Origin: Methanomicrobiales archaeon
Lineage (GTDB): Archaea; Halobacteriota; Methanomicrobia; Methanomicrobiales; Methanospirillaceae
Length of the DNA stretch: 51,856 nucleotides
Direction of reading: 5' to 3'
NCBI GenBank assembly: GCA_037137755.1
Contig: JBAXJR010000017.1
Span: 1-51,856, forward strand
Shown in pieces: positions 19,029-28,199 of the stretch. The notes under the pieces were generated by a model that had not been told where the DNA came from, ran no database searches, and saw only the letters and a list, made by a program, of their open reading frames with translations. Position numbers and translations under genes: made by a program. Every line of letters starts with the position of its first letter. Position 1 is the stretch's first letter.

Positions 19029-21517
19029 TCCACCACTCCGGACCAATCGGACCCGGGACCGTTCTCCCCGGTATCATGCTGTGAATCAAGGAACCGTTTC
19101 AGGTCTTCAAGCAGTGCACGGACGGACTGGTACCGGGCTCCCGGGTCCTTTTGCAGGCATTTCAGGATAATCGGATCGAGTGGCCGCGCAAGGGGGTTGA
19201 TATCGGACGGCGGCACCGGCATCCGCGAGATGATTGCATTACTGACATCCGCGAGGTCATCGCCGGGGAACAGGAGTTTCCCGGTCACAAGCTCGTAGAA
19301 AACGACCCCGAGCTGGTAAATGTCGGTCCGTTCATCAGTCTCACCAAATCTGCCGGGAGAGATCTGTTCCGGGGACGCATAGGCAAGTGAGAACCCGGCA
19401 ACGGTAGGTATTGCAGAAGAACCGATGAGGCGGCTCATCCCCCAGTCGCTGATCTTGGGAACACCTTTGCGGTCAATCAGGATATTCTGGGGTTTGATGT
19501 CGCGGTGTATGATCCCCTGTTCGTGTGCATAAGCCAGACCATTCGCTACTCCGACCACGATTTCCACTGCGTCATTCACCGGTAACGGAGTCTTTAAGTC
19601 CGCCAGCCCGGACTTCACAAATTCCATCTCCACGTATGGTATCGGGAGGATGTTCACCTCGGTGATCTCGACGATATTCGGGTGCCGGAGTCCTTCCCAG
19701 GCGAGGATCTCCTTCATAAAGCATTTTCCGGTGGTTTCATCGAACCGTATCGGTATTTTAACCGCAACCGTCATGCCATCCTTTAGTCGCATAGCACGGA
19801 ACACGTGGGAGATTCCACCCATCCCGAGGAAGTCTATACTTGAATATCGGTCTGCAAGTTCCGGGGGAAAAATATCAGGCCTCGTTGCAGTCGAACGCCG
19901 GTAGGGGTCGGATCCCGTGGGCACTCTCGTCTCGTCGCCGTTGAAAAAACCATAGGGGAAACCACGCTGCTGCACCTGCAATGCGAGTGAGTGATCCTGC
20001 CAGAGGGCAAGCAGTGCTGATACCGGGGCTGCCACGATCGTCACGAGGATTGCCGTCACTTCCCCCTGTCCAAGCGAGAAGAGCAGGATCGGGGTAACGA
20101 TGAGGACGATCACACCGATAACGACATGGACTTTCAGGGTCCAGCGGAGGGGACGCGACAAGAGGGATCCAACAGCAAGTGCCAGTGCAGAAAAAATCAG
20201 GTATGCCCCGAGCAGCAGCACGATCAACAGGAGCGGGAGCGTAAGCGTATTGGTAAGTGCCGGCAGCAGCGCTATCATCCTTGAAAGGGCAAACAACAGG
20301 CCGATCCCGCATGCAACCTGCCCCAGCGCCACACCGGCCCTGACCGCCAGCGGCTGGGGGAATGACAGGTGGCCGATCCCGAGATAATCGTGGGCGAGGA
20401 GGAGGACCAGGGGTATTACCGCAATAAACAGGAAGATAATCACATTCCATGATGCCAGTCCCGCGGGAGGTTGTAACCCGGTCCCGGTCATATTTGCAGA
20501 GCCGTTCGCCCGGGTATCCTGCGGGGATGTCCCGGCGGGTCCGAGAACACTCGTATTATTTGTTCCCTGGTTTGAGGTCTCATTCACCGCCGGTGTTACC
20601 TGGATTAAGGTCCCGTTCAGGACAGGAGTTACTGTTGCACTCGGCTGGGGTGTCAGGTTACCGGTGGGGACCGTGGTCGGTAAGACTGTGCGCTCCGTCG
20701 GGGTTGGGAGAATGGTATACGGGTTGAACGTTGAGGATGTCGTGGGAATGTCTGTGGTGTTCGTCGTAGATTCCGCGGTAGTCTGAGTTGTTACGAAGGT
20801 CGTCACCGGCACGGTTGTCCTGACAGTAGTGGTGGGTACCGTCGTGGGGACTGTCGTTTTGACGGTTGTTTGTACGGTGGTGGGAACTGTCGTTTTGACG
20901 GTTGTTTGTACGGTGGTGGGAACTGTTGTTCTGGCGGTTGTGGGTGCTGTAGTGGGAACTGTTGTCGTGACGGTGGGCAGGAGAACAAGGTTAATCTTAG
21001 GGACGTTCGTTGTCTGGTCTCTCTCAACTATCACCGTGCTGGAATAATCAGTGTACCCGGCAAGAGCAACCCGTAATTGGCGCGTACCGGCAGGAATAGT
21101 ATCCACCGTTTTTGGAGTTGTCCCTGAGTCAACTCCGTCTATGAATATTGTTGCACCATTCGGGTCTGAACGGACCATGACCGACCCGAGGTCGGGAGCA
21201 AACGTAACAGAGATGGAATGATCAGCATTGACACTGACAAACTGGTACATAGGGACTGCCGGAGTCACTGATCCGTCAATTCTCATTACCTCAATATGAT
21301 ACCCGGATTCAGGGGTAATCCAAACCTGGATATTGTCACCGGGGTTAGCGGGGACCTGTCCTGCAGGGTCAGTTGTTCCATGACCCCCAGGCGTCGTGGC
21401 GGTAATTGTATATGCGGATGCCGCAGTTGTCACTGTTAAGGAAAGCATCACCCCGATTATCAGGATATACAGGAGTACCCGGGTTTGGTAGGACCGTTTT
21501 CGAAACTGAGGATTCAT
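19025..21517 (-). CDS. Receptor-like membrane Ser/Thr protein kinase (signal peptide, beta-rich repeat + PEGA domain, Thr/Pro stalk, ~5 TM, C-terminal Hanks kinase)
   Basis: LGMGGISHV, VAVK, HRDIKPQN, DWG, YASPEQ and TDIYQLG; PEGA motif VRSDPNGATIFIDG. Start moved to MNPQ (21517) to avoid overlapping the FHA gene. Confidence 0.9.
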   Translation of the reverse strand: MNPQFRKRSYQTRVLLYILIIGVMLSLTVTTAASAYTITATTPGGHGTTDPAGQVPANPGDNIQVWITPESGYHIEVMRIDGSVTPAVPMYQFVSVNADHSISVTFAPDLGSVMVRSDPNGATIFIDGVDSGTTPKTVDTIPAGTRQLRVALAGYTDYSSTVIVERDQTTNVPKINLVLLPTVTTTVPTTAPTTARTTVPTTVQTTVKTTVPTTVQTTVKTTVPTTVPTTTVRTTVPVTTFVTTQTTAESTTNTTDIPTTSSTFNPYTILPTPTERTVLPTTVPTGNLTPQPSATVTPVLNGTLIQVTPAVNETSNQGTNNTSVLGPAGTSPQDTRANGSANMTGTGLQPPAGLASWNVIIFLFIAVIPLVLLLAHDYLGIGHLSFPQPLAVRAGVALGQVACGIGLLFALSRMIALLPALTNTLTLPLLLIVLLLGAYLIFSALALAVGSLLSRPLRWTLKVHVVIGVIVLIVTPILLFSLGQGEVTAILVTIVAAPVSALLALWQDHSLALQVQQRGFPYGFFNGDETRVPTGSDPYRRSTATRPDIFPPELADRYSSIDFLGMGGISHVFRAMRLKDGMTVAVKIPIRFDETTGKCFMKEILAWEGLRHPNIVEITEVNILPIPYVEMEFVKSGLADLKTPLPVNDAVEIVVGVANGLAYAHEQGIIHRDIKPQNILIDRKGVPKISDWGMSRLIGSSAIPTVAGFSLAYASPEQISPGRFGETDERTDIYQLGVVFYELVTGKLLFPGDDLADVSNAIISRMPVPPSDINPLARPLDPIILKCLQKDPGARYQSVRALLEDLKRFLDSQHDTGENGPGSDWSGVVE
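20850..20921. repeat. 36-bp perfect tandem duplication in the kinase Thr-rich stalk
   Basis: ACTGTCGTTTTGACGGTTGTTTGTACGGTGGTGGGA twice, encoding PTTVQTTVKTTV. Confidence 0.85.
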
Positions 21518-21554
21518 ATTGGGTAAAATTCCGGTATAAAATTTCAGGTCTCTT

Positions 21555-22346
21555 TCAGGTAGTATTTGGCATGATGACAAGGAGCTTTGCACCATATATC
21601 CCCTTTGCCAGTTCGACCAGGTCCCCATCACGAACAGGGACGCGCTTTTCCGGGGTGACAACAACAGTATTCACCATCGTCCCACCTGTGCTCCCTGCAT
21701 CATCGATATACCACTGCCCGCTTTCTTCAACGAACTTCGCATGCGGTTTCGAGACCCGGCTGACAGCTGTATACTCTGCAGAAAGGATGACGTCCTGGTC
21801 AGGATTATAACTGGCAGGTCTCCGGGGGTCAACACGCCCGATACGCACCTCTGTACCTGATAGCAGGAAGACCTTCCCATCCTCGGGACCGCCAAGCATC
21901 ACAACCGATGGCGTCGGGGCGAGGAGTTCTTCTGCAACTCTACCCCTGACCGCATCGAGTTTGCTCCGTAGCTCGGTATCCGCGGGGTTGATCCTGATAT
22001 TGGAGAAAAGACCGAGGTTCCGGACAATTGCTTCCATAGCCCCGGGGATAAGGGAGTATTTCCATACCGGGTGAACGCCCTTTGAGGTTGCCTGCCCGAG
22101 ACCTGCCTCTTTCTTGATTAAACCGGTGCTAAGGAGTTTGTCCAGGTGTTTTTTCGTGTTTTCATAACTGGTATCGATCTCGGCAGCAATCTTTCTGACC
22201 TCTTTCGGGCCCTTCTCAAGTATCTTCAGGATTTTCAAACGCTGGCTGTTTGAAAGGACCTCGAGGTACTCGGAGAGCTCAATATAATAGTCGTCATTAT
22301 CCTCGAGGACAATTGTCTGGCTCTGGTCTGTACCTTTTTCTTCCAT
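21555..22346 (-). CDS. ArsR-like winged-helix + FHA domain protein
   Basis: N-terminal LSNSQRLKILKIL...KKHLDKLLSTGLI; C-terminal IGR, SRVSKPHA and GSTGGT. Probable start MEEK at 22346. Confidence 0.87.
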   Translation of the reverse strand: MEEKGTDQSQTIVLEDNDDYYIELSEYLEVLSNSQRLKILKILEKGPKEVRKIAAEIDTSYENTKKHLDKLLSTGLIKKEAGLGQATSKGVHPVWKYSLIPGAMEAIVRNLGLFSNIRINPADTELRSKLDAVRGRVAEELLAPTPSVVMLGGPEDGKVFLLSGTEVRIGRVDPRRPASYNPDQDVILSAEYTAVSRVSKPHAKFVEESGQWYIDDAGSTGGTMVNTVVVTPEKRVPVRDGDLVELAKGIYGAKLLVIMPNTT

Positions 22347-22575
22347 TGTTACACCCACATGTGTTTTATTTCAATTCGGTAATCAGGGGTATATTTTCCA
22401 TACCTTCTTTGTTACTATCATATTTAGAAGGTGATATCTTGCCTTTGTGGTCAGACATGCCGCCGCTAACACAGGACAACAAGTGTCCACCAGTTACAAA
22501 GGAGGTTTTCCTGACACCAGACGCTATGACTACCTCGGAGGAAGGGATCAGGACACAGGGGATTAATATTCATAT

Positions 22576-22989
22576 TCAGGTCCTTTTCCCGGCGAGGCCA
22601 AACGCTGTTTCCACCCGTTTTTTCAGGGCATCTTTCGGATAGGCACCGGTAACACGGTCAACCAGTTTCCCCTGCAGGAAGAACAGGAGGGTGGGTATCG
22701 CGGATATCGCAAACTGGCCTGAAAGGCCCTGGTTATCGTCAGTATTGCACTTTGAAAATGTCACGCTGCCGGCATATTCCCGGGCCAGTTCTTCTACAAC
22801 CGGGCCTACCGTGCGGCAGGGACCACACCACTCTGCCCAGAAATCCACCACGAGTGCCGGATGCGCGTGCAATAATGCAGTGAAATTGCCCTGTTCAAGA
22901 TGCAGGACTTTTCCTTCAGATTGCATCTTTATCCGTTCCTGCATTTCCATTAGTTTTCTCTGGCGGATCTTCCCGAGTTCCTCATCCAT
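22576..22989 (-). CDS. trxA: Thioredoxin with archaeal N-terminal helical extension
   Basis: DFWAEWCGPC and IPT motifs; start placed at MDEELGKIRQRKL. Confidence 0.92.
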   Translation of the reverse strand: MDEELGKIRQRKLMEMQERIKMQSEGKVLHLEQGNFTALLHAHPALVVDFWAEWCGPCRTVGPVVEELAREYAGSVTFSKCNTDDNQGLSGQFAISAIPTLLFFLQGKLVDRVTGAYPKDALKKRVETAFGLAGKRT

Positions 22990-23105
22990 ATCTCCGGTAT
23001 AGTCTGCCGGAATTATTAATCCATCCCCCATGTGGGCTCCCGTCAAAAACAGGAGGGTGAGTAAACTATAAGAGCGCAGAGAGGGTATATAATAACCTCC
23101 AGAGC

Positions 23106-23180
23106 AGCGAGGTAGGGTAGTCAGGATATCCCGACGGGCTCATAACCCGTAGACCGATGGTTCAAATCCATCCCTCGCTA
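23106..23180 (+). tRNA. tRNA-Met(CAT), initiator
   Basis: Acceptor AGCGAGG/CCTCGCT (A1-U72), anticodon arm ACGGG-CTCATAA-CCCGT with three G-C pairs, T loop GGTTCAAATCC; CCA not encoded. Confidence 0.95.
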
Positions 23181-23446
23181 CTGGTTCTTTTTAGGATTTA
23201 TTACCAGCAGCAGGCATGCCCTGAATGAGACAATTGTAAGATCAGGTATGTCACAGGACAATCAGAACAAATCTTAAAATATGGAAGATACTGCTCTTGA
23301 CCGTTCCTGATAAAGGACTGGAATATAGGGGATTTGATTCCCTGGACGTAGATTGTACCCCAACATCAAATTCCCGGAACCGGGATATTGCCGGGCATCG
23401 GTTGATTGGGGGGTTTTTGCACCCTTTCAAAAAATTCAGACAGGGC

Positions 23447-24124
23447 TCATCCTTTTCGTGCCGCTGTAACGATAAACGTCCGGTTCTTGTAAACAACATC
23501 GATATCGGAAAACCCGGATTCCTGAAGCCATCGGAGCTGGGATGACAGCTTTTCATTCCGGTCAAGCGTGTCTCTCCGTCTCAGTATCTCCTGGTGCTCC
23601 TTCTCGCTGAGGGGACCGCTTACAATAAAATCATTCCAGTAATCCAGGTACATATGCTGGAACAGGGGAGTCTCCCCTTCTGCCTGATCGGCGTTAATAA
23701 ACATCCCACCTGGTTGTAAGGCAGTAAAAATTCCATGGAACAGCTGACGCTTGTCATCACGGCTGAGGTGGTGAATCGATAAAGCGGAAAATACCAGGTC
23801 GTAGGGCCCTCCAAGTGAGGATCTGCTATAATCGCTGACCACATACCGGACCGTTTCCAGGTGAGAGAACCGCTGACGTGCCACTGCAAGCATGTTCTCT
23901 GAAATATCCAGCAGGGTAAGAGAGGCACCGGGGAATTTTTCAAGGACCAGGGCGCTCAAAAGGCCGGTGCCCGCACCAATATCAAGGATTTCAGGGTGAG
24001 GCCCTTCTGCAACCGCAGCCCATACTGCCGCACCATAATACTGGTGGAGGTCAGGTATTATGTGCACCCGCTGCGCATCGTATTCCTGTGCAATCGTGTC
24101 AAATGCATCCCGGATGTGTTTCAT
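23447..24124 (-). CDS. Class I SAM-dependent methyltransferase
   Basis: ILDIGAGTG, LLDISENML and YDLVFSALSIHHL motifs. Probable start MKHIR at 24124. Confidence 0.88.
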   Translation of the reverse strand: MKHIRDAFDTIAQEYDAQRVHIIPDLHQYYGAAVWAAVAEGPHPEILDIGAGTGLLSALVLEKFPGASLTLLDISENMLAVARQRFSHLETVRYVVSDYSRSSLGGPYDLVFSALSIHHLSRDDKRQLFHGIFTALQPGGMFINADQAEGETPLFQHMYLDYWNDFIVSGPLSEKEHQEILRRRDTLDRNEKLSSQLRWLQESGFSDIDVVYKNRTFIVTAARKG

Positions 24125-24326
24125 AAAATTCCTTCTTCCCTTTTCTGCATTGAAAATGGCCCGGCCATTTTCACGCACGGATCCCTGTTTCCCGTGTCCT
24201 GTCTTTTTTTCTTGTGGATCATCAGGTTATGCTCCCGGCATGATCATCGGGTACCGCACTTGCCGGGTATTTTTTAGAGGCGGGACTATTGAAAGGGTAT
24301 TCCTGAAAAAAATGATAGGTTGCGGG

Positions 24327-25760
24327 TTATGATCCATCTCCCCCAAACGATTCAAGCCTCGACTGGTAGGTGCCTTCAACAAAGTCAACCAAGGTTTCCT
24401 GCGATTGTTCGCCTTCGATCGGGACCGGGTAGCACCCCGTCAGGCACCCGGTGCAGAGGTTCCCCCGTTCTTCCCCGATTGCAGTGACCAGTGCCTCGAT
24501 AGAGATATGGTGCAGGGAGTCGGCCGTAATGCTGTGTCTCACTTCCTCCTCGACTTTGTTACTTGCAATAAGTTCACCCCGGGTAGGCATGTCCACCCCG
24601 AGATAGCAGGGTGCACGAATTGCAGGGGACCCGATCCGCACATGGATCTCTTTTGCCCCGGAATCCCGCATCATCTCGATAATCCGTCGTGATGTTGTCC
24701 CGCGTACGATGCTGTCGTCCACGAGGACAACAGATTTGTCACGGAGGTGCTCTTTAATCGGGTTTAACTTTATCCTGACTGCATTCTCACGCTGTTTCTG
24801 GGAGGGCATAATAAACGTCCTGCCCATATAACGGTTCTTCATCAGGCTTTCTACAAACGGAATGTGGGAACGCTGGGCATACCCGATCGCGTAGGACGTG
24901 CCCGAGTCCGGGACAGCACCCACACTGTCAGCAATGATCGGGTCCTCTTCGAATAGTTTCGCGCCGATATTCCGCCGAACATCATACACCAGTGCCCCGT
25001 CTATGACCGAATCGGCGCGTGCAAAATATACATATTCAAAAATACAATGGGCGTGGCGGCTGGCGACTGCTATCTGGGTACTCCTCATCCCCTGCCCGTC
25101 GATCCTGATCAGCTCCCCGGGTTTCACATCCCTGATAAATGTCCCGTTGAGGGCATCGACTGCAACACTCTCTGACGCGAGCATGTACCCTTCTTTTAGT
25201 CTTCCTACGCACATGGGTTTGATACCGAGCGGGTCACGGAACCCGTAAATAACCCCGTCAACCATAAGAATAACCGCATAAGACCCCTGGAGAGTCCGCA
25301 TGCAGTTGAGGACCGCATCCTCCACTCCTCCCGAGCCCCTGATCTCTTCGGTAATCAGCTTCGCGATTATCTCGGTATCGGTGGTCGTCGAAAAGATCTG
25401 GCCGCGCTGTTCATAGGAGTCCCGAAGTTCTGCGGTGTTTACCAGGTTCCCATTATGTGCGATCGAGATATCATGGGTCTGGAAATGAAAATTAAAAGGC
25501 TGCACATTTTCCGGGCGGTTTGCACCGGTTGTCGGGTACCGGACATGCCCAAGACCCACATTTCCCTTCAGGGTTGAAAGGATCGTCGTATTGAACACGT
25601 CAGCTACAAGTCCGGACGCCTTGTGTTTGTAAAGGCGGCCTTCGTCATCGAACGTGGCGATCCCTGCACTCTCCTGACCGCGGTGCTGGAGAGCGTACAG
25701 GGCGTAGTATAAAGAAAGAGATACACCGCCAGCATCCACGATGCCAACGATACCGCACAT
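24327..25760 (-). CDS. purF: Amidophosphoribosyltransferase
   Basis: MCGIVG N-terminus, LQHRGQE, HVRYPT and the PRPP motif VLVDDSIVRGTT. Confidence 0.97.
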   Translation of the reverse strand: MCGIVGIVDAGGVSLSLYYALYALQHRGQESAGIATFDDEGRLYKHKASGLVADVFNTTILSTLKGNVGLGHVRYPTTGANRPENVQPFNFHFQTHDISIAHNGNLVNTAELRDSYEQRGQIFSTTTDTEIIAKLITEEIRGSGGVEDAVLNCMRTLQGSYAVILMVDGVIYGFRDPLGIKPMCVGRLKEGYMLASESVAVDALNGTFIRDVKPGELIRIDGQGMRSTQIAVASRHAHCIFEYVYFARADSVIDGALVYDVRRNIGAKLFEEDPIIADSVGAVPDSGTSYAIGYAQRSHIPFVESLMKNRYMGRTFIMPSQKQRENAVRIKLNPIKEHLRDKSVVLVDDSIVRGTTSRRIIEMMRDSGAKEIHVRIGSPAIRAPCYLGVDMPTRGELIASNKVEEEVRHSITADSLHHISIEALVTAIGEERGNLCTGCLTGCYPVPIEGEQSQETLVDFVEGTYQSRLESFGGDGS

Positions 25761-25771
25761 GTCAGAGCTCT

Positions 25772-25954
25772 CTAATGAGTAGGCACTTTTGGTCGCTTAT
25801 CCAGCCATCTTACACTGCGCATTCTGCTGCTTTTACCGAAACCGCACGCAGAGCAGGTCTTATGACGGCAGTGATAGGATATACTGCCGCAGCGCCTGCA
25901 CGCAATGTGGGTCTTCTTGTTCCGCTTTCCCATTGAGGGAGTTCCCTTTGACAT
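25772..25954 (-). CDS. rpl37e: 50S ribosomal protein L37e
   Basis: [23 protein letters not shown]...CSACGFG; next to Lsm as is usual in archaea. Confidence 0.96.
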   Translation of the reverse strand: MSKGTPSMGKRNKKTHIACRRCGSISYHCRHKTCSACGFGKSSRMRSVRWLDKRPKVPTH

Positions 25955-25979
25955 AGCCTTTCACCTGGAAAATTTTTAC

Positions 25980-26210
25980 TTATTGTTCAACTGAGGGTGA
26001 TATATAGATCACATTGTCTCCACGTACGATGAGTGTCCCGACATTTTTTGATACGTCGTTCTCCACATCTGTGGCTTTTTCAAGCACAAGGTTCATGTGC
26101 ACGTCATACCCCTGAAGGATTCCTCGAAGTTCCCTTCCCCCTTTGAGAGATACGATAACAGGCTGACGATTCAGCACCAGGTCCAAAATATCCAACGGCC
26201 TTTTTGTCAT
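25980..26210 (-). CDS. Sm-like (Lsm/SmAP) RNA-binding protein
   Basis: Sm1 motif [10 protein letters not shown] and Sm2 motif [12 protein letters not shown]. Confidence 0.95.
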   Translation of the reverse strand: MTKRPLDILDLVLNRQPVIVSLKGGRELRGILQGYDVHMNLVLEKATDVENDVSKNVGTLIVRGDNVIYISPSVEQ

Positions 26211-26454
26211 ACAATTACCCTGTTTACATCGCTTTGGAGTAATATATGTGAGTGAGGAGGATACTTAAATATAACGTCTATGATCACTTCTGCAACTTCA
26301 GTCACACAAAACAGTCAGCCTGATATCCAGCCTGCCAGACGGGGATCAACCGTAGTAGCTACAGGTAATCCATTGATTCATAGAACTATAAAACGAGTGG
26401 TTGGAGAGATACATTTTCTTTCACCTGGCAACATACCAATAAGCCGGGACGAAC

Positions 26455-26952
26455 ATGTCAAAGATCCAGCTGAAAAAAAGGCATACCCTGAGAAAGTCCC
26501 AGGTATCTGTCATCTATTCACGATTAAAGTCGGAGATTGGTGAGGCAGAATCCCGGTTCTATCGTGACCAGCTCGAGATTGTCGAGACGAACACCTCGCT
26601 CAAACTCTACATGGTCGATAAGAAGCCCCTCCTCATGGACCTGGACGGCGTGGTTTTTCCCACGCTGCGAGGGCTCCTCGAGCAACCCTTCCCCGAGCGG
26701 CGCATCGTGGTTGATTCCGGTGCGGTCTCGTATGTCGTGAACGGGGCGGATGTTATGCGCCCAGGGATCGTTTCAGTTACCGATGACATAAAGGCTGGAT
26801 CCCCTGCCCAGGTCGTCGAGGAGCGGCATGGGAAACCGATCGCAATCTGCATCCCCCTTTTTGATGCGAAGGAATTGCGGGAGAAAACGACCGGGAAGAT
26901 GTGCAGGAACATCCACCATGTCGGGGACGAGATCTGGGTCCTTGAATACTGA
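26455..26952 (+). CDS. PUA-domain RNA-binding protein (MCT-1/DUF1947-like)
   Basis: FPTLRG, VDSGAVSYVVNGADVMRPGI and HHVGDEIW motifs. Confidence 0.9.
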   Translation: MSKIQLKKRHTLRKSQVSVIYSRLKSEIGEAESRFYRDQLEIVETNTSLKLYMVDKKPLLMDLDGVVFPTLRGLLEQPFPERRIVVDSGAVSYVVNGADVMRPGIVSVTDDIKAGSPAQVVEERHGKPIAICIPLFDAKELREKTTGKMCRNIHHVGDEIWVLEY

Positions 26953-27089
26953 CCCGGGGTCCCTTCTGGTTCTTTGCCATTTTATGAAAGGGCATTCTCA
27001 CCGGAATCCGGGGCAATATAACCAAAAATAAAAATCCGCCGGTTTTCTGAATAGATACTATTAAATAAAATTCAACATACCATTTTTTT

Positions 27090-27461
27090 ATGGGAAAAAT
27101 ATTCGATACTCTTCTTGGCAAGTCCAGCACCCCTGCCGAAGAAGGCGACTATATGGAACTCAATCTGGAGGACTATGAAGGCACGGAGGATGCTCCGGCG
27201 CTGCTTGTCAAGATTGCAACAATAACTGATATCAAAGACAGCCCGAAAATCAAGGATGAGGTGTACAACGGTAATATCGTTATCGTGGACATCAGCAGGC
27301 TGAAGATGGACAAGATCATGTACGAGCGGGTGCTCAAGGACTTAAAGGAAGTCGCAAAAGATGTGAACGGTGACATTATTGGTCTTGGCGACCAGCGGTA
27401 CGTCGTGGTCACACCGCAGGCGGTAAAGATCTCCCGCGACAAGATTGGCGGAGCGGTGTAG
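27090..27461 (+). CDS. sepF: Cell division protein SepF
   Basis: EVYNGNIVIVDI, DVNGDI and VVVTP; conserved context with ZPR1. Confidence 0.88.
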   Translation: MGKIFDTLLGKSSTPAEEGDYMELNLEDYEGTEDAPALLVKIATITDIKDSPKIKDEVYNGNIVIVDISRLKMDKIMYERVLKDLKEVAKDVNGDIIGLGDQRYVVVTPQAVKISRDKIGGAV

Positions 27462-28024
27462 TGCTGACCATTGTCCCCGGACCGTGCCCGGTATGTAATG
27501 CCGAGATCGAGTACCTGTATCAGACAGATAATATCCCTTATTTTTCGGATATTATTATGATCCGTGCCCTTTGTCCCAAGTGCGGGTACCGGTATGTCGA
27601 TACCCAGGTGCTCACCACCCAGGCGCCAGGACGGCAGGAGTTCCTTATTGAGACACCTGATGATATCGATGTCCGTGTTGTACGGAGCATGGAGGGAATT
27701 GTCATGATACCCGAACTCGGGGTCAGGATCGATCCGGGCCCTGCCTGCGAAGGGTTTGTCTCCAATATTGAAGGTGTACTCAACCGGGTCACTGAGGCGG
27801 TCGAGGGGGTAATGGCCCATGGGGATGCTACAGAACGGGAAAATGCCAGAATATTCCTCGAAGATGTAGCGGCGGTTAAGAGGGGTGAGAGACCAGTGAC
27901 TCTCATTATTGATGATCCTTCCGGAAACAGTGCCATTATTTCTGAAAAAACGAGGAAACTGCCTTATCCGGAGGATGAGGGGGAGGGAGATGATGGGGAC
28001 GATCCGGAGAGATCTGCAGAATAA
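27461..28024 (+). CDS. ZPR1 zinc-finger protein
   Basis: CPVC...IPYF...CPKCGYR, IPELG, SNIEGVL and DDPSGNS motifs. Confidence 0.92.
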   Translation: MLTIVPGPCPVCNAEIEYLYQTDNIPYFSDIIMIRALCPKCGYRYVDTQVLTTQAPGRQEFLIETPDDIDVRVVRSMEGIVMIPELGVRIDPGPACEGFVSNIEGVLNRVTEAVEGVMAHGDATERENARIFLEDVAAVKRGERPVTLIIDDPSGNSAIISEKTRKLPYPEDEGEGDDGDDPERSAE

Positions 28025-28199
28025 TCCACTTGGAACGGTCCCTTTATAGATAGTTCGGTCCTTTTGACAGTAACGTTACTACAAAAATTGGCTCTTTTGA
28101 AACAGAACTGAATGGAAGTTCATTTCCGGACTATGAAAATACACTACCAATAACCTCGTTTTTTTGTCCGTTCGAGCATTTAATATGAAAATAGATGAT

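Noticed and set aside
23106-23450. tRNA-Met as an integration site for an island
   Set aside because: I saw no duplicated tRNA 3' end and no integrase in the window.
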